Positions 1-13,375 of a stretch of DNA of 64,000 nucleotides are shown piece by piece. The notes below the pieces were generated by a model, which was given only the letters and a program-made list of their open reading frames with translations, ran no database searches and had not been told where the DNA came from. The position numbers and the translations under genes were made by a program. The stretch comes from Rhynchopus sp. YZ270_cl-10 (Eukaryota). How positions within the stretch are numbered: the first letter of the stretch is position 1; each line of letters starts with the position of its first letter. Location of the stretch: contig OZ037836.1 in assembly GCA_964035575.1 (NCBI GenBank), forward strand, positions 1,054,001 through 1,118,000, given 5' to 3'.

Positions 1-2788
1 ACTTTTTCTCCCCTCTCCCCCCCCTTCTCCCCTTTCTTCTTCTTTTTTGGCTATTTTTATTTCGTTCACATAGCCTAGATTCGGACCTGTTTTCAGGCCG
101 ACCGTGTACAGCCGGGTAGAGCTTGACAACGCCAACAGCTGTGGTCCAAGGAGGTCCCCAGTGTTGTCTGCCAATCCCCTTAACCCAACAAAAGACTACA
201 ATATAAAAACAATCTAGACAAAGCCGCCCCCATCCCCGTCCAGGCAAAATAAAAAAAAAAAGCATGAATTGGGCTGTTTTGAGCATCTAGAGTTTATTCC
301 CCAGCCATTTTCTGTACCGCCAGTGCACTTTGTATGGGCCAGCGCCTTGTCAAAAAATCGAAAAATCTCAAAAAAAAAAATTTTTTTTTCGGGAAAATTT
401 CGACCACTGAGGTGGGTCTTTGGGCACCAAAAAATGCAAAAAAAATGCAAAAATCGGGTGTTTTGACCATCTGTGGTTACACAAAACACACTTCTGTGTA
501 CAAGCCTACACCAATACAGTGGTAATACAAGGCGATTTTTGACCAAAAAAAAAATATTTTTTTTCGCCCAAAATCGGGCGTGGTACGTCATAAAATGGCC
601 CAAAATATCCAAGGAAAACCTTAGATTGGGCAAATTATGAAAAAAATTTTCAAGTCAAATTTTCAACCAAAATACGGTCATTTTGTTCACACAGTGATTC
701 TACGTCATGCTAGCTTCCTGTGCAGAACTCCAGCAATTCACCAATGCCGGCATCTATCTTTCCATTATCGCCATTGCACTTCGTGTGTTACCAACGTGCT
801 CAAGAAATGGCGTGCTGTCACACTCCAACCAGAGTATCGAACCCGTACGTACATAACGGAGATCCACGAGCCCACCCAAAGGCGGAGGGTCTAGCCGAAG
901 GCGGACGAGCTAGCCCAATCCGGACGAGCGAGCCTCATAAAGCACACCAGCTCCAATCTGACGGGGAACTTCGAGCCTCCAAGCCCAGAGAAAGAACCTG
1001 GCCACCGGAGGGCCCTAACGGCCCGACGAGGAGGCGCCCCATAGGGCGCTGGGGCCAAGGGACTTAAGTCGCCCTAACGCTTCGCTAAGTACCTGGAAAA
1101 ATCCCTAAGGAAAAAAGTGGAAAAAAAGTGTCTCAAAATTGACATCTATTTTTTGACCTTTTTGCTGGGTAGGTTTGGGTCGGTCCGACCTGACCCTACT
1201 GAGTCGGTTTAAGTCGGATTGGTAGCCTTGTCCCCTATCATCTCCCCTCTTCCCCCTTTTAATACAAGGGCAGTCTCGTGACTATGTAACCTACAAAACC
1301 ACCATTTAAGCACCTCAGTATCATACCCCATCTAAGCACCCTCAACCCTCATCCACACAGATTCGCCTCCTTAAACCTGCAAACCTGCAAACCTGCAAAC
1401 CTTCTAACACCTCAGAGGGCAAGGCCCGCAAACCCTTATTCCAATGGAAGAATTTTTCAAAAATTCTCTATACTTCCTATGACTGGACCCAACTCCCCTC
1501 ACTATTTTTCCCTAAAAAAACGCAAAAAACGCCCAAAAAATTCTGCCAAAAATATCAAAAATATCAAAAATGCGCATTTTTGCCGTGCCTCCACCACCCC
1601 TTCTTTATTTATTCGTTGTTCTTTGTTGATCGCATCCATCCTTTTTTCGAACCCCAAAAGTCCCGCAAAAACCCCGAAAACCCCTGTCCTGAAGTAAGAC
1701 TCATGGCACCCGAAGAACGCGTCTTTCATTTCCAGACGTATTGCATACTCATACAAAAAAATAAGACATGGGTTTTTGTGGGGATTCTTTTGCTTTTTGC
1801 AGCACAGAGTAAAATACCACAATGTGTGGAACGTCTTGCTCAGCACAGCTCTCCTCTCGCACTAAGTAGTAGTCTGTGCCACGGTGAGCAAGACTGTGCC
1901 CCTCTTCTTCTCCGAACCAGAGGACGCAAGCAGACATACTGCCAGAGACCCTCCACCTCGGGGAGGTGCTGCCCTGCCACCAACACACCACGTCGTCATT
2001 GTGCGTGTCTCTGTCGCTTCTGGCTTTGCTCGGGGGATTCGTCTCTGCTTCGTTTCGGACGTGCTTCAACCACAAGCTTACTCAGCTCGCCGTTCCTCAC
2101 TTCGTTGGACACAACCCTGCTGCAGCCGGAAAGGTAAATGCTCGTCAACGAAGTGCAGCCCTCAGCAAATTCCGTAGTGTGAGTAAAAGGATTCAAACCA
2201 ATCGACGTCACGTTCCTGAGTGGTGATAAATCCAGGGTTGTTAAGCTGCTGCAGTACACGAGGATATATGAACCCACCTGCGTCACATTGCTGAGTGGAG
2301 ACAAATCCAGGGTCGTTAAGCTGCTGCAGTTCGCAAGGAACCACGTACCAACCTGCGTCACATTGACGAGTGGAGATAAATCGATAGTCGTTAAGCTCTT
2401 GCAGCCGGAAAGAAAGCTGGTCTCGATCTGCGTCACATTGCTGAGTGGTGACAAATCGAGGGTTGTTAAGCTGATGCAGCTCGAAAGGAACCTCGCACCA
2501 ACCTGCGTAACATTGCTCAACCCAGAGAGGTCGATACTTGTCAACGAGGTGCAGTTGTACAGGAACCTGTCTCCAATGTGAGTCACAATGGACTCAGCAC
2601 TGAGATCAAGTCTCGTCAACGAAGTGCGCACCAAGAAGTCATTCGGAATGACAGTCGCAACCTCCGCCTGCAGACGCAAACACGCCACCTCAGGATCCTC
2701 CACACTCTCCAACTTCTTGGCTGTGATGTCGGTCTCACCCAACGCATGAAGCTCTGCAATGGCTTCGTACTTCTGCGTTTTTGTGAGG

Positions 2789-3519
2789 TGGGGGCCCGTT
2801 TTCGATGCATGCACCCCTATCCGAGATAGGTGATACAATACATCGTGGGGGTGATGTTACATAAGTCCATCACCGCCCCTGCTGTGCCCATCCTTCTGCT
2901 TCGTCTGCTTCTTCTTGAAGAAGCCTCCCAGCGTCGTCTGTCGCCCCTTCGAGGTGTCGTGGTGGCGGCGGCAGCAGTGCTCCAGCGTACTCTTCTCTTG
3001 CACACAGTTCCCGCACCTCGAGAGTCTATGCTTAGTGCATGCTTCGTGTCGGATCGGTAACCCGTCGTCGTTGGAGTGGTGCGCAAAGCAGCAATGCATC
3101 AGGTCTGCCTGGGCGTTCTTCGAGCAGGCATCACACTTCGTCTTCCGGTGCAGCACACATATCGCAAACTGGAAGATCGGAACCGCTCCTTCAGGTGCCT
3201 TCACGGGTGCATCCCCTGGACGCACGTGCTCATGGTGCCGGTAGCGAGCATGCGCAGATGTCTCCTGTTCAGCCCGCTGGATGAATGGTAGTGCCCTCCT
3301 GCCTCTAACTTCTGTGGAGGGGTACGCCGTCTCAGCAGAATACTCCCCCATCCATGTACCTCTCGCTCTATCGCCACCACGGAGCTCCACCTCAGACATG
3401 CCTTCGGAGCTGCGTTGCAGACGGTACGCCACACCAGCATCGTATAGCGCACGCAATGCCTTCAACGTTTCTTCTCCGCCGGCAAAGATAGGACGGCGGT
3501 CGATGCCTGTGATGGCGTT
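2789..3519 (-). mobile_element. 5'-truncated retroelement-like insertion with 18-bp target-site duplication
   Basis: TTCTGCGTTTTTGTGAGG is duplicated at 2771-2788 and 3520-3537. The insert is absent from both paralogs. Its ORF is open from the junction (3519) to a stop at 2857. No poly(A) tail. Confidence 0.8.
2857..3519 (-). CDS. C-terminal fragment of an element-encoded protein with two C-x2-H-x4-C-x2-C-x7/9-HCC-x2-HH repeats
   Basis: Repeats CVLHRKTKCDACSKNAQADLMHCCFAHH and CTKHRLSRCGNCVQEKSTLEHCCRRHH. GC-rich codon usage. No native start codon. Confidence 0.6.
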   Translation of the reverse strand, partial: NAITGIDRRPIFAGGEETLKALRALYDAGVAYRLQRSSEGMSEVELRGGDRARGTWMGEYSAETAYPSTEVRGRRALPFIQRAEQETSAHARYRHHEHVRPGDAPVKAPEGAVPIFQFAICVLHRKTKCDACSKNAQADLMHCCFAHHSNDDGLPIRHEACTKHRLSRCGNCVQEKSTLEHCCRRHHDTSKGRQTTLGGFFKKKQTKQKDGHSRGGDGLM

Positions 3520-5803
3520 TTCTGCGTTTTTGTGAGGATGATTGTGTCACCAGCACTCAGCTGCGTCATGTCCGCTCCTTCTCCCATCGCTTCGTCTCCG
3601 AAACTCATGCAAAAGCCGCCTTCAGGCAACCCCATTGCAGACGCCACCTTCCGCCGCAAGCCCTCCACTGTGTCATCTTCACCCACCTCGACTGTGTGCT
3701 GATTCGTGTCGAAACCCTTGATGTTCAGGTCCATGTCTTTGTTGTGGTTTTGTGTTCTGATCTCTGTGTGTGGTGGTGGGGTGTGGAGGACAAGCCTGCA
3801 GTCCTTTTCAAGAACCTTGCCAACAACAACTGTGGGAAGAAGGGCCTCTCTCCCGACTCGAGAGCATCTGTCCCCCACTGGTCGCCAGCACCTCTAACTG
3901 TGATGAGCCCCTCCCCTGACACTGTACCAGAACACAGAGGATGAACCCGAAACCAGAATGTACCTGAAGCAGAGTTGGAATACAAAGCCCTCTCGTGAAC
4001 AGTGTACCTTGGTACAAGGACCGGCTGTACCGGGGGGTGGACACCCAACCATCCATTTCGTGGTTTACATCTGATATGTGCTACTCCCGCTTCCACTCAT
4101 CAGCCAGATGAACGGGGATCATTGCAAACACAGCCTGCATGATGTAGGGTCCTCTGCCCGTTTCGCAGTGTGGAGAGGCTATAGAGGAGCACACACTCTG
4201 CGTCGCTAAGTTGGGCGGAGGACCTAAACTTGACTTGAAATACAGTGTCCCTTTGGTGCATGACTTGAAACCATGCAGTCCGACATCCATTTCGTGGTTC
4301 ATATCCTAAAAAAGGGGTCTTGTGGGGTGATATCCTTTTTTCCTTTTTCAAATGAAAACTTGGTTGTTTAGTACAGACACCCGAGGATGTGCTCCACTAT
4401 ACAACCCTTTTTTGTTTTCTCGTCTCGAAACCTTTTGGGTGATGCGAGTACAGCATATAAAGTGGGAGTGATAGTGTGAACAACACCACTGGGATGCTGA
4501 ACAACAGATATCATATACAGTGAGACAGACAAACACCGGAGAGGTAAAAACTAAGGTGGATTTTGGAATTTCAAAAGTCTAAGGAGGGTTTTTTACCCAT
4601 CTGATGTTTTTACCCCATCAGTGTTTTTTACCCCCTGGGCATGAGAATTTTGATGGAAAGTCCCATCCTTTTCCCCAATATCTCACCTCATTTCCCCCAT
4701 GAGAATTTTCCATGTTACCCCAAAGTACGATGTCCACTGAGAAAAACACCGGTGGGGTAGGAACATAGGTGGGGTAAAAAAAACACCGGAGGGGTAATAA
4801 CCAAGGTGGATTTTGGAATTTCAAAACTCTAAGGAGGGTTGCTTTTCCCCCCCACCGATGTTTGTTGTCTTACTGTATTTCCACCAAAAAGCTGTAAAAG
4901 AAACTAGAAAAGGGGGAGGGGAGAGGGAAGGGAAAAGGTGAAGTTGATAGTGCAAGACAACACCCTAGGTATAACCTAGGAACTGAAGTCCCAAAGAAGG
5001 GGCTCTCGGAGCCCTCTCTCTGGGAGTGAAAAATAATAAAAAAAGAAGCAAATGAAACCTGAATTATACAAAGCCCTCTCGTGAACAGTGTACCTTGGTA
5101 CAATGACCAGGCTGTACCAGGGGTGGACATCCAACCATGCAGTCCTACATCCATTTCGTGGTTTACTCATCTGATAAAGAAAAAGGTTATATTTTCCCTT
5201 CCTTCAAAACTTCACACACAACGCTTTTTGGTTTTTGGGAGACACACAAGGTGCCAGATTCTATGATAAGCACGGAACCATCCTGCACCTGTTTGTCATA
5301 TTGTTTCCCGTGCAATATATGAAAAAACGTTTCGCACTCGAAACTAGGGAAAAAAGTAAAAAAAAATGAAACTTGGAATGCAAAGCTTGGGACACTGTGT
5401 TCCTAAAGAAACAGAGGAAGAGGACGTAGGGCTGAACCTAAGCTGTTGTGCTTTGTCACTAAAAACTAAAAACTAAAAACTAAAAAAAGCAAAAAAGCAA
5501 AAAAAGCAAAAAAAAAAGCAAAGACAATAGAAAGCTATCGCGAGGGGAAAGGGTGGGGGGTGGCTAAACAAGGTAGCTGGAAAGTGTCACTTCGTCGTTC
5601 CCTCACCCTTTCTTGTAGTTGTTTTGATGCGTTGACGCTTCCACACACACTATCTCTCACCTGTTGGGTGGTGGTGTTGCGGAGCACGGTTGGGTGAACG
5701 ACGTTGACACTTTCCGCTCACAATAGTAGTGTGCGTTATATTTGGAAAAAAGGGGAAATGGTTCTCTGGTATGCTCTGATTTTATGTGTGTGCTTATTTT
5801 GTT

Positions 5804-5843
5804 GTATCGACAATCACCTACCGAGGTAGGTGATTGTCGATAC
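5804..5843. repeat. Perfect 19-bp-arm palindrome
   Basis: GTATCGACAATCACCTACC-GA-GGTAGGTGATTGTCGATAC. Confidence 0.9.
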
Positions 5844-6231
5844 TGGGATTAGGCATTTTTTGTTTTTTTTTTTTGGAAAAATTGGTGGAGTAGTGTAGTT
5901 GCCTCGGTTGGGTTGCCACAGATCTGCAATCTCCACTGTCATTTTTTAAGCAATAAACACGACTTTGAGCTGCTTTTTCACTTCATAGCAAATAAAGCAC
6001 TCGAAAAAAAATGCAAAAAAGGACCCCCATTATTTTGCTATTTTTTTTTTTTATTTTGTTTTTTAAACTGGCTTTCTTCCTTGCTTTCGTTTTTTTTTTT
6101 GTTTTCTTTATCTATTTTCTTTTTTTGAAAACTTGGTTGTATTAGTGTAGACACCCGAGGATGAACTCCACTATACTTCAGCCTATAGTACATTTCAATG
6201 AACTTCTTGTTTTTTTTTTTTTTTTTAAATT

Positions 6232-6761
6232 CAGGGTTTTATCCAGGATTCTGGGTTTTTGGGCCTCAGGGTACCAAAGCCGCCCCCAGGGAGTGTTTCT
6301 CACACGCAAACTTCAGTACGGAAGAGAAATCATAATCGCTGTAACTCGGTTATCGCTGTTTTCACCGTCCTGGCCTGATAAGAGACAAGAGCTGAGGTAT
6401 CTGCGCGTTCACTTTGTTCTTAGACCGTCTGACCACAGCTTTGGTGTAACTTTGTCGGGTAAACCTGTTACACCAACTCTCTGCTTAGAGTACCAGTCGC
6501 AAAAAAACTTTGAGCAACTGGACGTCATGAGTGTTGTCGTGGAGGGGTACGATGGGGGACACTGTCATTTTTTAATCCCCAACTTTTTTTTTTTTTGGGC
6601 TTCTTTTGACAGCGAGCGATCCAATTGCTCTCCACAGTAGGGTTTCGTCAGGGTGATATGGGACCCCCCTTCCCTATGTACCCCCTATAGAAAAAAAAAA
6701 AATCTGGAAAAATCCTCAGGGGGTACAATGTACCCCCCTATACCCCCTGGATAAAACCCTG
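6232..6761. mobile_element. Non-autonomous TIR element (CAG termini, hAT-like)
   Basis: 16-bp TIR CAGGGTTTTATCCAGG / CCTGGATAAAACCCTG. The TSD is not clean. Confidence 0.6.
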
Positions 6762-7599
6762 TTAATTTTTCCTCAAAAGAGGAAAACAAGAAATGGTAAC
6801 TCTAGATAGGAATTTCATATACATTATTTTCTGACGAAAAGAAGGCATAGAGGGCGCTACAAAGCCGTACCCTTGCTTTTTTTCTTGTTTGTTTGTTTGC
6901 TTGTTTGTGGTTAGATAACAAATTTACTTGGTTAAGATAGCAAACTTTTTTGATTGCCCAATCCCCCTTTTTCTCCACTTTCCAATTTATGTTGCACGCT
7001 TTGCAACTTGCAAGATGAAGAAGTTCTGGAACAACTCACATCCTCTTCACCACAAACGCTTTTCCCACCCCGGAAACATGCTGGGTTTTGAAGATGGCCT
7101 AATGGGGGCAACAATACAAGCACCACTCGGATCCAGGTTTGGGGGGGTGTGAGGGCAGTGTCATTTCACTGGAGGGGAAAAGGGGGGAAGAAGAAAGAAA
7201 ACTTGAAAGACGAATGTGCCTCTTGTGCATACACATCTGAAGAAAGTGTGAAATAGCACGGACACTAAGTGGGGTGGGTAAAGATGGGATGGGAAAGGGG
7301 AATGGGGTACAGAGCACAAAATATCAAGATATAATTTTCAATCGCAAGATGGAGTTGTATCCACCAGCGTCGTCTCCTCTTTTTTTGTAAATTTAAAAAA
7401 AGAGTCTTTGTTGAAATTTTCTGGCTTTTCTGAACTTTTTCCAGCTACTTTTCTGGTCGAGTAGCTATTTTCACTTTTTTGGTGTATGAGTAGGTTTTCT
7501 GGGTGGGAGACTGGATTCTGGGTGGTACAGTGGTGTGTCTGGGCACAGGCACCTGGGAACGCTGGTGTATTTTCAGCCCAGGTACCCAGGTGCCTGCCC

Positions 7600-7788
7600 C
7601 AGGTACACAGGTACACAGGTACACAGGTACACAGGTACACAGGTACACAGGTACACAGGTACACAGGTACACAGGTACACAGGTACACAGGTACACAGGT
7701 ACACAGGTACACAGGTACACAGGTACACAGGTACACAGGTACACAGGTACACAGGTACACAGGTACACAGGTACACAGGTACACAGGT
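7600..7788. repeat. (CAGGTACA)n minisatellite, ~23 units
   Basis: Perfect 8-bp tandem array. Confidence 0.95.
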
Positions 7789-10128
7789 AAAACCCGTTAA
7801 AATTTTGTATGAAAGTTCCTCAAAGCCAGAAAATTTCAACAAAGCCCTGTTTTCACACCTCCCAAAAAGTCGTTTTCTCTTGATTCGTGATTTCAGAGTG
7901 TGCACTCAGAAAACACTCATCAAGAAAACGACTTTTCTGGTCGGTAAAAAATAGCTATTTGTTTTGTTTTTTGTTCTTTTGCATGAAAAAGTAGGGTTCA
8001 GCCAGTACACCTTTTCCCTAATTGTGTAGCATAGACCCTCGCTGCAGTAGCGAGGCAATGGGCTGACTAAAAAACTGTAAAAGTAAAAAGTGGTTTCGAG
8101 CTGTCTGCTCCTCTACAAATAATATAGCACAAAAAAATAATATTTTTTTTCTGTTTTATTTTAGACTGCTCCCATTGGATAGCAGCCACGATGTTGAGAG
8201 GGTATAGCGTAACGATAGTAGTGTAGACATTTTTGATGATCTTCACTGTTGGTATATTGCTGTATCGACAAATCACCTACCGAGGTAGGATCTACACAAT
8301 GTCGCCCGAAGGCTTTATACTTAATCGGTATGGACGGAGGCCATCCTCAACCCTAGAAAGTAGCCTTTTTTTCCCCCTTTTTCTTTTTTGAAAACTTGGT
8401 TGTTTTAGTGTAGACTGAGGGTTTCGCTTTTTTTTACGTAGTTTTTTTAGTGCAGATACCCGAAGATGAACACCACTCTATTTTTTTCTTTTCTTTCAAT
8501 TGCCGTGCTTTTAAGTTATGGTAAGAGCAAGACAGAGCAAGGGGAGATGGGTGTGTGGGGTAGTTGAGTTCTATCAAAAGAATTGGGTTAGAACGAGTTG
8601 AGAGCTGTTGAGTTGCGGGGTGTCTGAGAGATCTCTGGGGGTTGGAAGGTTGTTTTTGTTTTTTTGGTTTTGCTAATCTGTATTTTTTTGTATAGTATTT
8701 CACTGTAGTACTTTGTAAGTTGAGAGGTAGGTGCGCTTCTTTGTTGCGACTAACTCCTGTTAAAGCCTCACTACAAGAAAAGAAATGTTTAAAAAAAAGG
8801 AATATTTTTCAAAAAAAATATTTTGATGTCGTTAGCAAACGGGTAAAGAAGGTCTGGTTTCGGCGGTCTGCTCCAATCTATGGGGGGTTTGAAAATTATT
8901 TTTATTTGTTTTGAAAGTGCTTTGTGCTCTGTTTAATTTTGCTTGAGTTTTGAAGACGTGGGGTTGGAAAGGAAGGGCGCGTTACTTTGTATGAGATTAC
9001 GACTCCTTTCTCAGCCATTGTCAAATGTCCTTGTTACGTGTTTGGTTATTTGCTTGTCTTCGTTGAAAGAAACGGAAAATTTATTTTTCCTTCCTTCAAA
9101 ACTTCACACAACGCTTTTTGGTTTTTGGGAGACACACAAAGGTGCCAGGTTCTATGATAAGCACGGAACCACCCTGCACCTGTTTGTCATTTTGTTTCCC
9201 GTGCAATACATGGAGAAACGTTTCGCACTCGAAACTAGGGAAAAAGGGGGGGGAAAAAATCTTGGAAGAAAGTAGGGAGCGGAGGGAGCGGAGGGAGGGA
9301 AAGCTTTTTGATAAAAAATTAGCGAGATACAAAATAATATATGGGGTGGGTAGATGTGGTGGGTACATATGGGGTGGGTGGGGTGGATACCTGGGTGCAC
9401 ACGACGGTGAAGTAAATAACTTGACTTGTGGTTTCACCGTTGGTTTACAACGGTGAAACCACAAAATAAAACTACACGACAAGTCATTTACTTCACCGTC
9501 GTGCAGACACCTCCAAGGCGTATGCAGCATGTATGTTGATAATACTATGATGTCAAAAGCTATCTTCACGCAGAAAAGAAAGAAAAGTTTATAAGATGAT
9601 TCTAAGCCTCTCGTGCTTAGTCACCTTGAAGAAAAAAAAAGGGGGGAATTGAAACCACACTCCTACTTTTTCCTTTTTGTTTTGTGTTTCCCCCACCCTC
9701 CACAAACAATGAAGCAATGTAAACAAAATACTGAAACGCACACACCTCGACCTGTCGGTGAAATGTGGCTCTACTCCAACCCGCCCCAGAATAGAAAAAA
9801 GGAAGGGAGGGGTACGGTGTTCAATTTCCTTTTTAGCATTGCATGGAATCAGAGAAAGGAACAAAGGGGGGAGGGTTTGTTAGTGGTACGTACCTGCTAG
9901 ATGAATGTAAATATGTAGACACCCAAAGTGGATGCAGATGTATCTTGACGTACAAAGCACCTTTGTGACAGTGTACAAAAATAAAAAAGTAAAATAAAAT
10001 CCCCAGCCAGATGAATGTAACAAAACCAAGCTAGGACCCTGGTGGAGATTAGGAATAAAAATAGTGGTTCAACATATGCAATCAATAAATTGGTGGTGGA
10101 GGATAAAAAATAAAAATAATAAAAAACA

Positions 10129-13100
10129 CATGGCTTCATAAATATATTCAATATTTTTTTTCACGTTTTTTTCAATATCAATATATTGATCAATATCACG
10201 TAGGAAATTTTCAATATATGGCAGCGTCCGCGAAAGACCCCCCCCTAAAGCTAACATCCATGCTTATTGGTATTTCACTAATTAACATTTTGGTATTTTA
10301 TAAGATTTTTTTTTTAAAATGAACTCAGAGTTAAGTTTCTGAGTTCATTAAAAAAAAAATCGGTGAAAAATTCCGAGTAGGTATTAATTTAGATAGGAAA
10401 AGCTATGTCAACAGCTATGTGTCCCCATATTTTACCTGTAAATACTAAGGATATAGGAAGGAATTCACTAATATCTGTCTCTAAACCCATTACCAAAAAG
10501 GGGGGGGGGGGGGAGGAAAGGGGGGTGGAGGCTTGTCGCCCCCTCCGAACACTCTAAATAGAGCGCGAAAGAGCTTCACGATCCGGGTCGTCTGCGGCGA
10601 CGCCGACTTTCTCGCAGAAACCCCCCTTTTTTGAGTGACCCTATTGACCTCTGTGATGAGTCTCTCCAAGAGTTACAGACAATTGTCCGCCTGTTCCTCC
10701 TCTTCCTCCTTCGTCTCGCTCTCATTGTCCTCCTGGGGTGCCGGTGATGCAACTACAGGAGTAGTAAACGGCGGACACCCCTTTTCTCCTGGTGGTTGTC
10801 TTCTGCATATGGAGAGACATATGCTTCGAGCTCCACACCTCGCGCATCCAGCTCCTCGCGTCCCACCCTTTGTCCCCCTGCCAGTGAACCCCTGCATACA
10901 CCTGCAGCTCGGCGAAGTTTTTTAGGCCTCGGAAAGGCCGGGTTTTCAGCTCCTGAGCGAATGCTTTGGCTGCTGATTCCATTTCCCCCTGTTGTGTTGT
11001 TCTGTGGGTGGTTATATGGGTGTTTGTGAGGATTTCCTTGTATATCCTTAGTATTTACAGGTAAAATAAGGGGACACATAGCTGTTGACATAGCTTTTCC
11101 TATCTAAATTAATACCTACTCGGAATTTTTCACCGATTTTTTTTTTAATGAACTCAGAAACTTAACTCTGAGTTCATTTTAAAAAAAAATCTTATAAAAT
11201 ACCAAAATTTTAATTAGTGAAATACCAATAAGCACGGATGTTAGCTTTAGGGGGGGGGTCTTTCGCGGACGCTCCCATATTGACACTTTTACCGTGTAAA
11301 TTTCCCATTCAATATTTGCAAATATTGATCAATATATTGATCAATATATTGACACTTTCCTTCACACAACGGTCTTGCGCCCCTTGGAAACTGGTTCTGC
11401 ATCTTCCAACCTCACACAAACTCGTGCACCACACATAAAAACATGCCCGAGTTGAGGCACAAAAAAATTGCCCCAATTTCCAGGACTGATAATTGAACTT
11501 CGGACCAAAAAATGCAAAAAAATATGGCGACTTGTGTGATACCAACCATGACAAAATTCCAAATGACTTCTCGAGTCCGCATTGCACTTCGCGGAGCCCC
11601 AAGGGAAGACACCCTTCTTCAGAAGCCAGGTAGAGAATGCTGTTCCCCACCCACCCCCTCTCACTGTCCGCGTAGATCCCCCCACTAAGGAGCCATCTGA
11701 TGCCACAAGGCAAGTCGCTCCCCCGCGATGGCATTGAATGGCACGTGCGCGTTTACGAACTGAGCCATGATTGCCCTTAGAGTCCCACGGTAACACGTGC
11801 AAAATCATAGAGTTTTTTTGGCTGTTAAAAAGGCTGGGGTATAAAGAGGTCGCGTGATTCGTCGAGCGGTTGTGAACCGCCTCCGTTCTCTTACGGTACG
11901 GAACACCCACCTCCTACCCTTTGCATGAGCTCGACTGCGTTTTAGCACGTTTCAACTACTCTTTTTTCTCGTTCTGTACCCAGAACAACCTCCTCTCCAA
12001 GCAGCAAACCCCACCCCTGACCAGGGGAAGCCTCCTGGGCCCATAAGCGGAACTATTTACTCACTGATCCTCTCATAAAAAAAGACATGTGGATGGATGG
12101 ATTTTTCAAATGTATGTTCGCAACTCTCATAAAAAAGTAGCGCACCGTGCGCCTCCGGCGCGGACAAAATTTGGTTTTGCGAATCCTAAATATTTTTTGC
12201 TAGCTCGTGTGGTTGATGAGCGAGAACGAAACCAAATCGATCGCAACGCCTCGTACACCAGCTAAAACACCTGAATGGTCACAGAACACAACGCAGTGCA
12301 TGGTTTTGTGGGTTGCTTTTGCCCACAGAAGTACCCCTGTGCGGCCTAGACCTGGTTCTAGCACCCCAGAATCGCGTTTTCCAGTCCATATAGCCGGGTA
12401 TGGTCCCAAAAAACCACCCAAAAAGGCGAAAATCCCGGTTTTTGGTGAAAAACGCCTGTTTTGCCCATAGGGTACTTAAGGAACGCACGTTTCTAAAGCA
12501 TTTCCCACGTAAACTCGCGACACGAAAATAGGAATTAAAAACAAATCTCTCACAGATCTGATTTGATGATCCGCATTTTTGAGGCCCAATCTTTCCAACG
12601 CCGAAAAAATCTTACACTTTGGTGCATTTTCGGGTGGGTGCACCAGGAGGGTACTGAGAGGGCAGCAACCTTAAAAACCTAAACACAGGTGTTTAGGAAT
12701 TACGAGCGGTAGCCCACAGCTCTACCCTATCCATGCTATAGTTTGGCTGTGATAATGTGCGATTTATGGCACAATCTTTGAAATGTTGCGCACATGGCTT
12801 CAACAGAAAAGTTTGACCCTTTGCCTCTCCACTCTGTGGCTGGAAGGGAGCTGAGAATAAGCCGGGTCCCGGGTACTGTCCCAGGACTAGAACTAGGACG
12901 GGTACTGGGCACTGGGTACAGTCCCAGTCCTAGGGACTGGGAATACCCCTCCATCCAGGCCCCACCCTCCCGCTTTCAGGCGTTTTCACAGCGTTTTCGA
13001 TATATTGTGCCCAGTCCCACTGAGAATAACCGGGTCCCGGGTCCCCAAGTCTTATTCTCAGCTATGGCCTCCCGTCAAGGAAAAAGCAGGCACTGCAACG

Positions 13101-13248
13101 TCAATATTCAATAATATGATCAATATTTCAATATTATTGAAATATTGACAGTTTTCAGTCAATATTATTGACACTTTCAATATTCAATCAATAATATTCA
13201 TCACCAAATCAATATATTGACGATATTCAATATATTTATGAAGCCATG
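10129..13248. mobile_element. Non-autonomous DNA transposon A1 (CATGG termini, 6-bp TSD)
   Basis: TIR CATGGCTTCATAAATATATT / AATATATTTATGAAGCCATG. TSD AAAACA at 10123-10128 and 13249-13254. An inverted second copy lies at 31407-37863. Confidence 0.85.
10220..11276. mobile_element. Long-TIR element with 4-bp ATAT TSD nested in A1 (Sola-like)
   Basis: ~236-bp TIRs (10220-10455 and 11041-11276). ATAT is duplicated. The empty site is visible in A2 near 36861. The core is a degenerate GC-rich coding-like stretch. Confidence 0.8.
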
Positions 13249-13375
13249 AAAACACAAAAATATAATACAGGACAATACAATATCAATAACCAGGAACAGA
13301 AAAAAATTTTTTTTTTTTGAAAACTTGGTCGTATTGGTGTAGCCACCCGAGGATGCACTCCACTATACTAAATAC

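Larger units (their letters stand above)
1996..3734 (-). pseudogene. Ubiquitin-like domain + leucine-rich repeat gene, copy 1, interrupted by a 731-bp insertion
   Basis: The N-terminal part MDLNIKGFDTNQH...ILTKTQK (3734-3520) and the C-terminal part LTKTQKYEAIAELH...KRQRHAQ (2788-1996) match the intact paralogs at 26877-27818 and 59010-59924. It has 7 LRR units of ~25 aa. Confidence 0.9.

Noticed and set aside
720..1090. GC-rich stretch as a gene or structured RNA
   Set aside because: No recognisable domain, RNA family motif or second copy in the window.
2789..3519. Insertion as a spliceosomal intron
   Set aside because: No GT at the 5' junction on the coding strand, and the 18-bp duplication points to insertion. 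Non-canonical removal is not excluded.
7600..7788. Tandem arrays as possible CRISPR arrays
   Set aside because: Units are 5-10 bp with no unique spacers, there are no cas genes, and the context is eukaryotic.
7338..7954. ORFs with repeating VHRYTGTQ / VYLCTCVP, and similar ORFs at 23589-23982, 32021-32594, 37434-37673, 40767-41141 and 62386-63096
   Set aside because: They are translations of short tandem repeats with no coding evidence.
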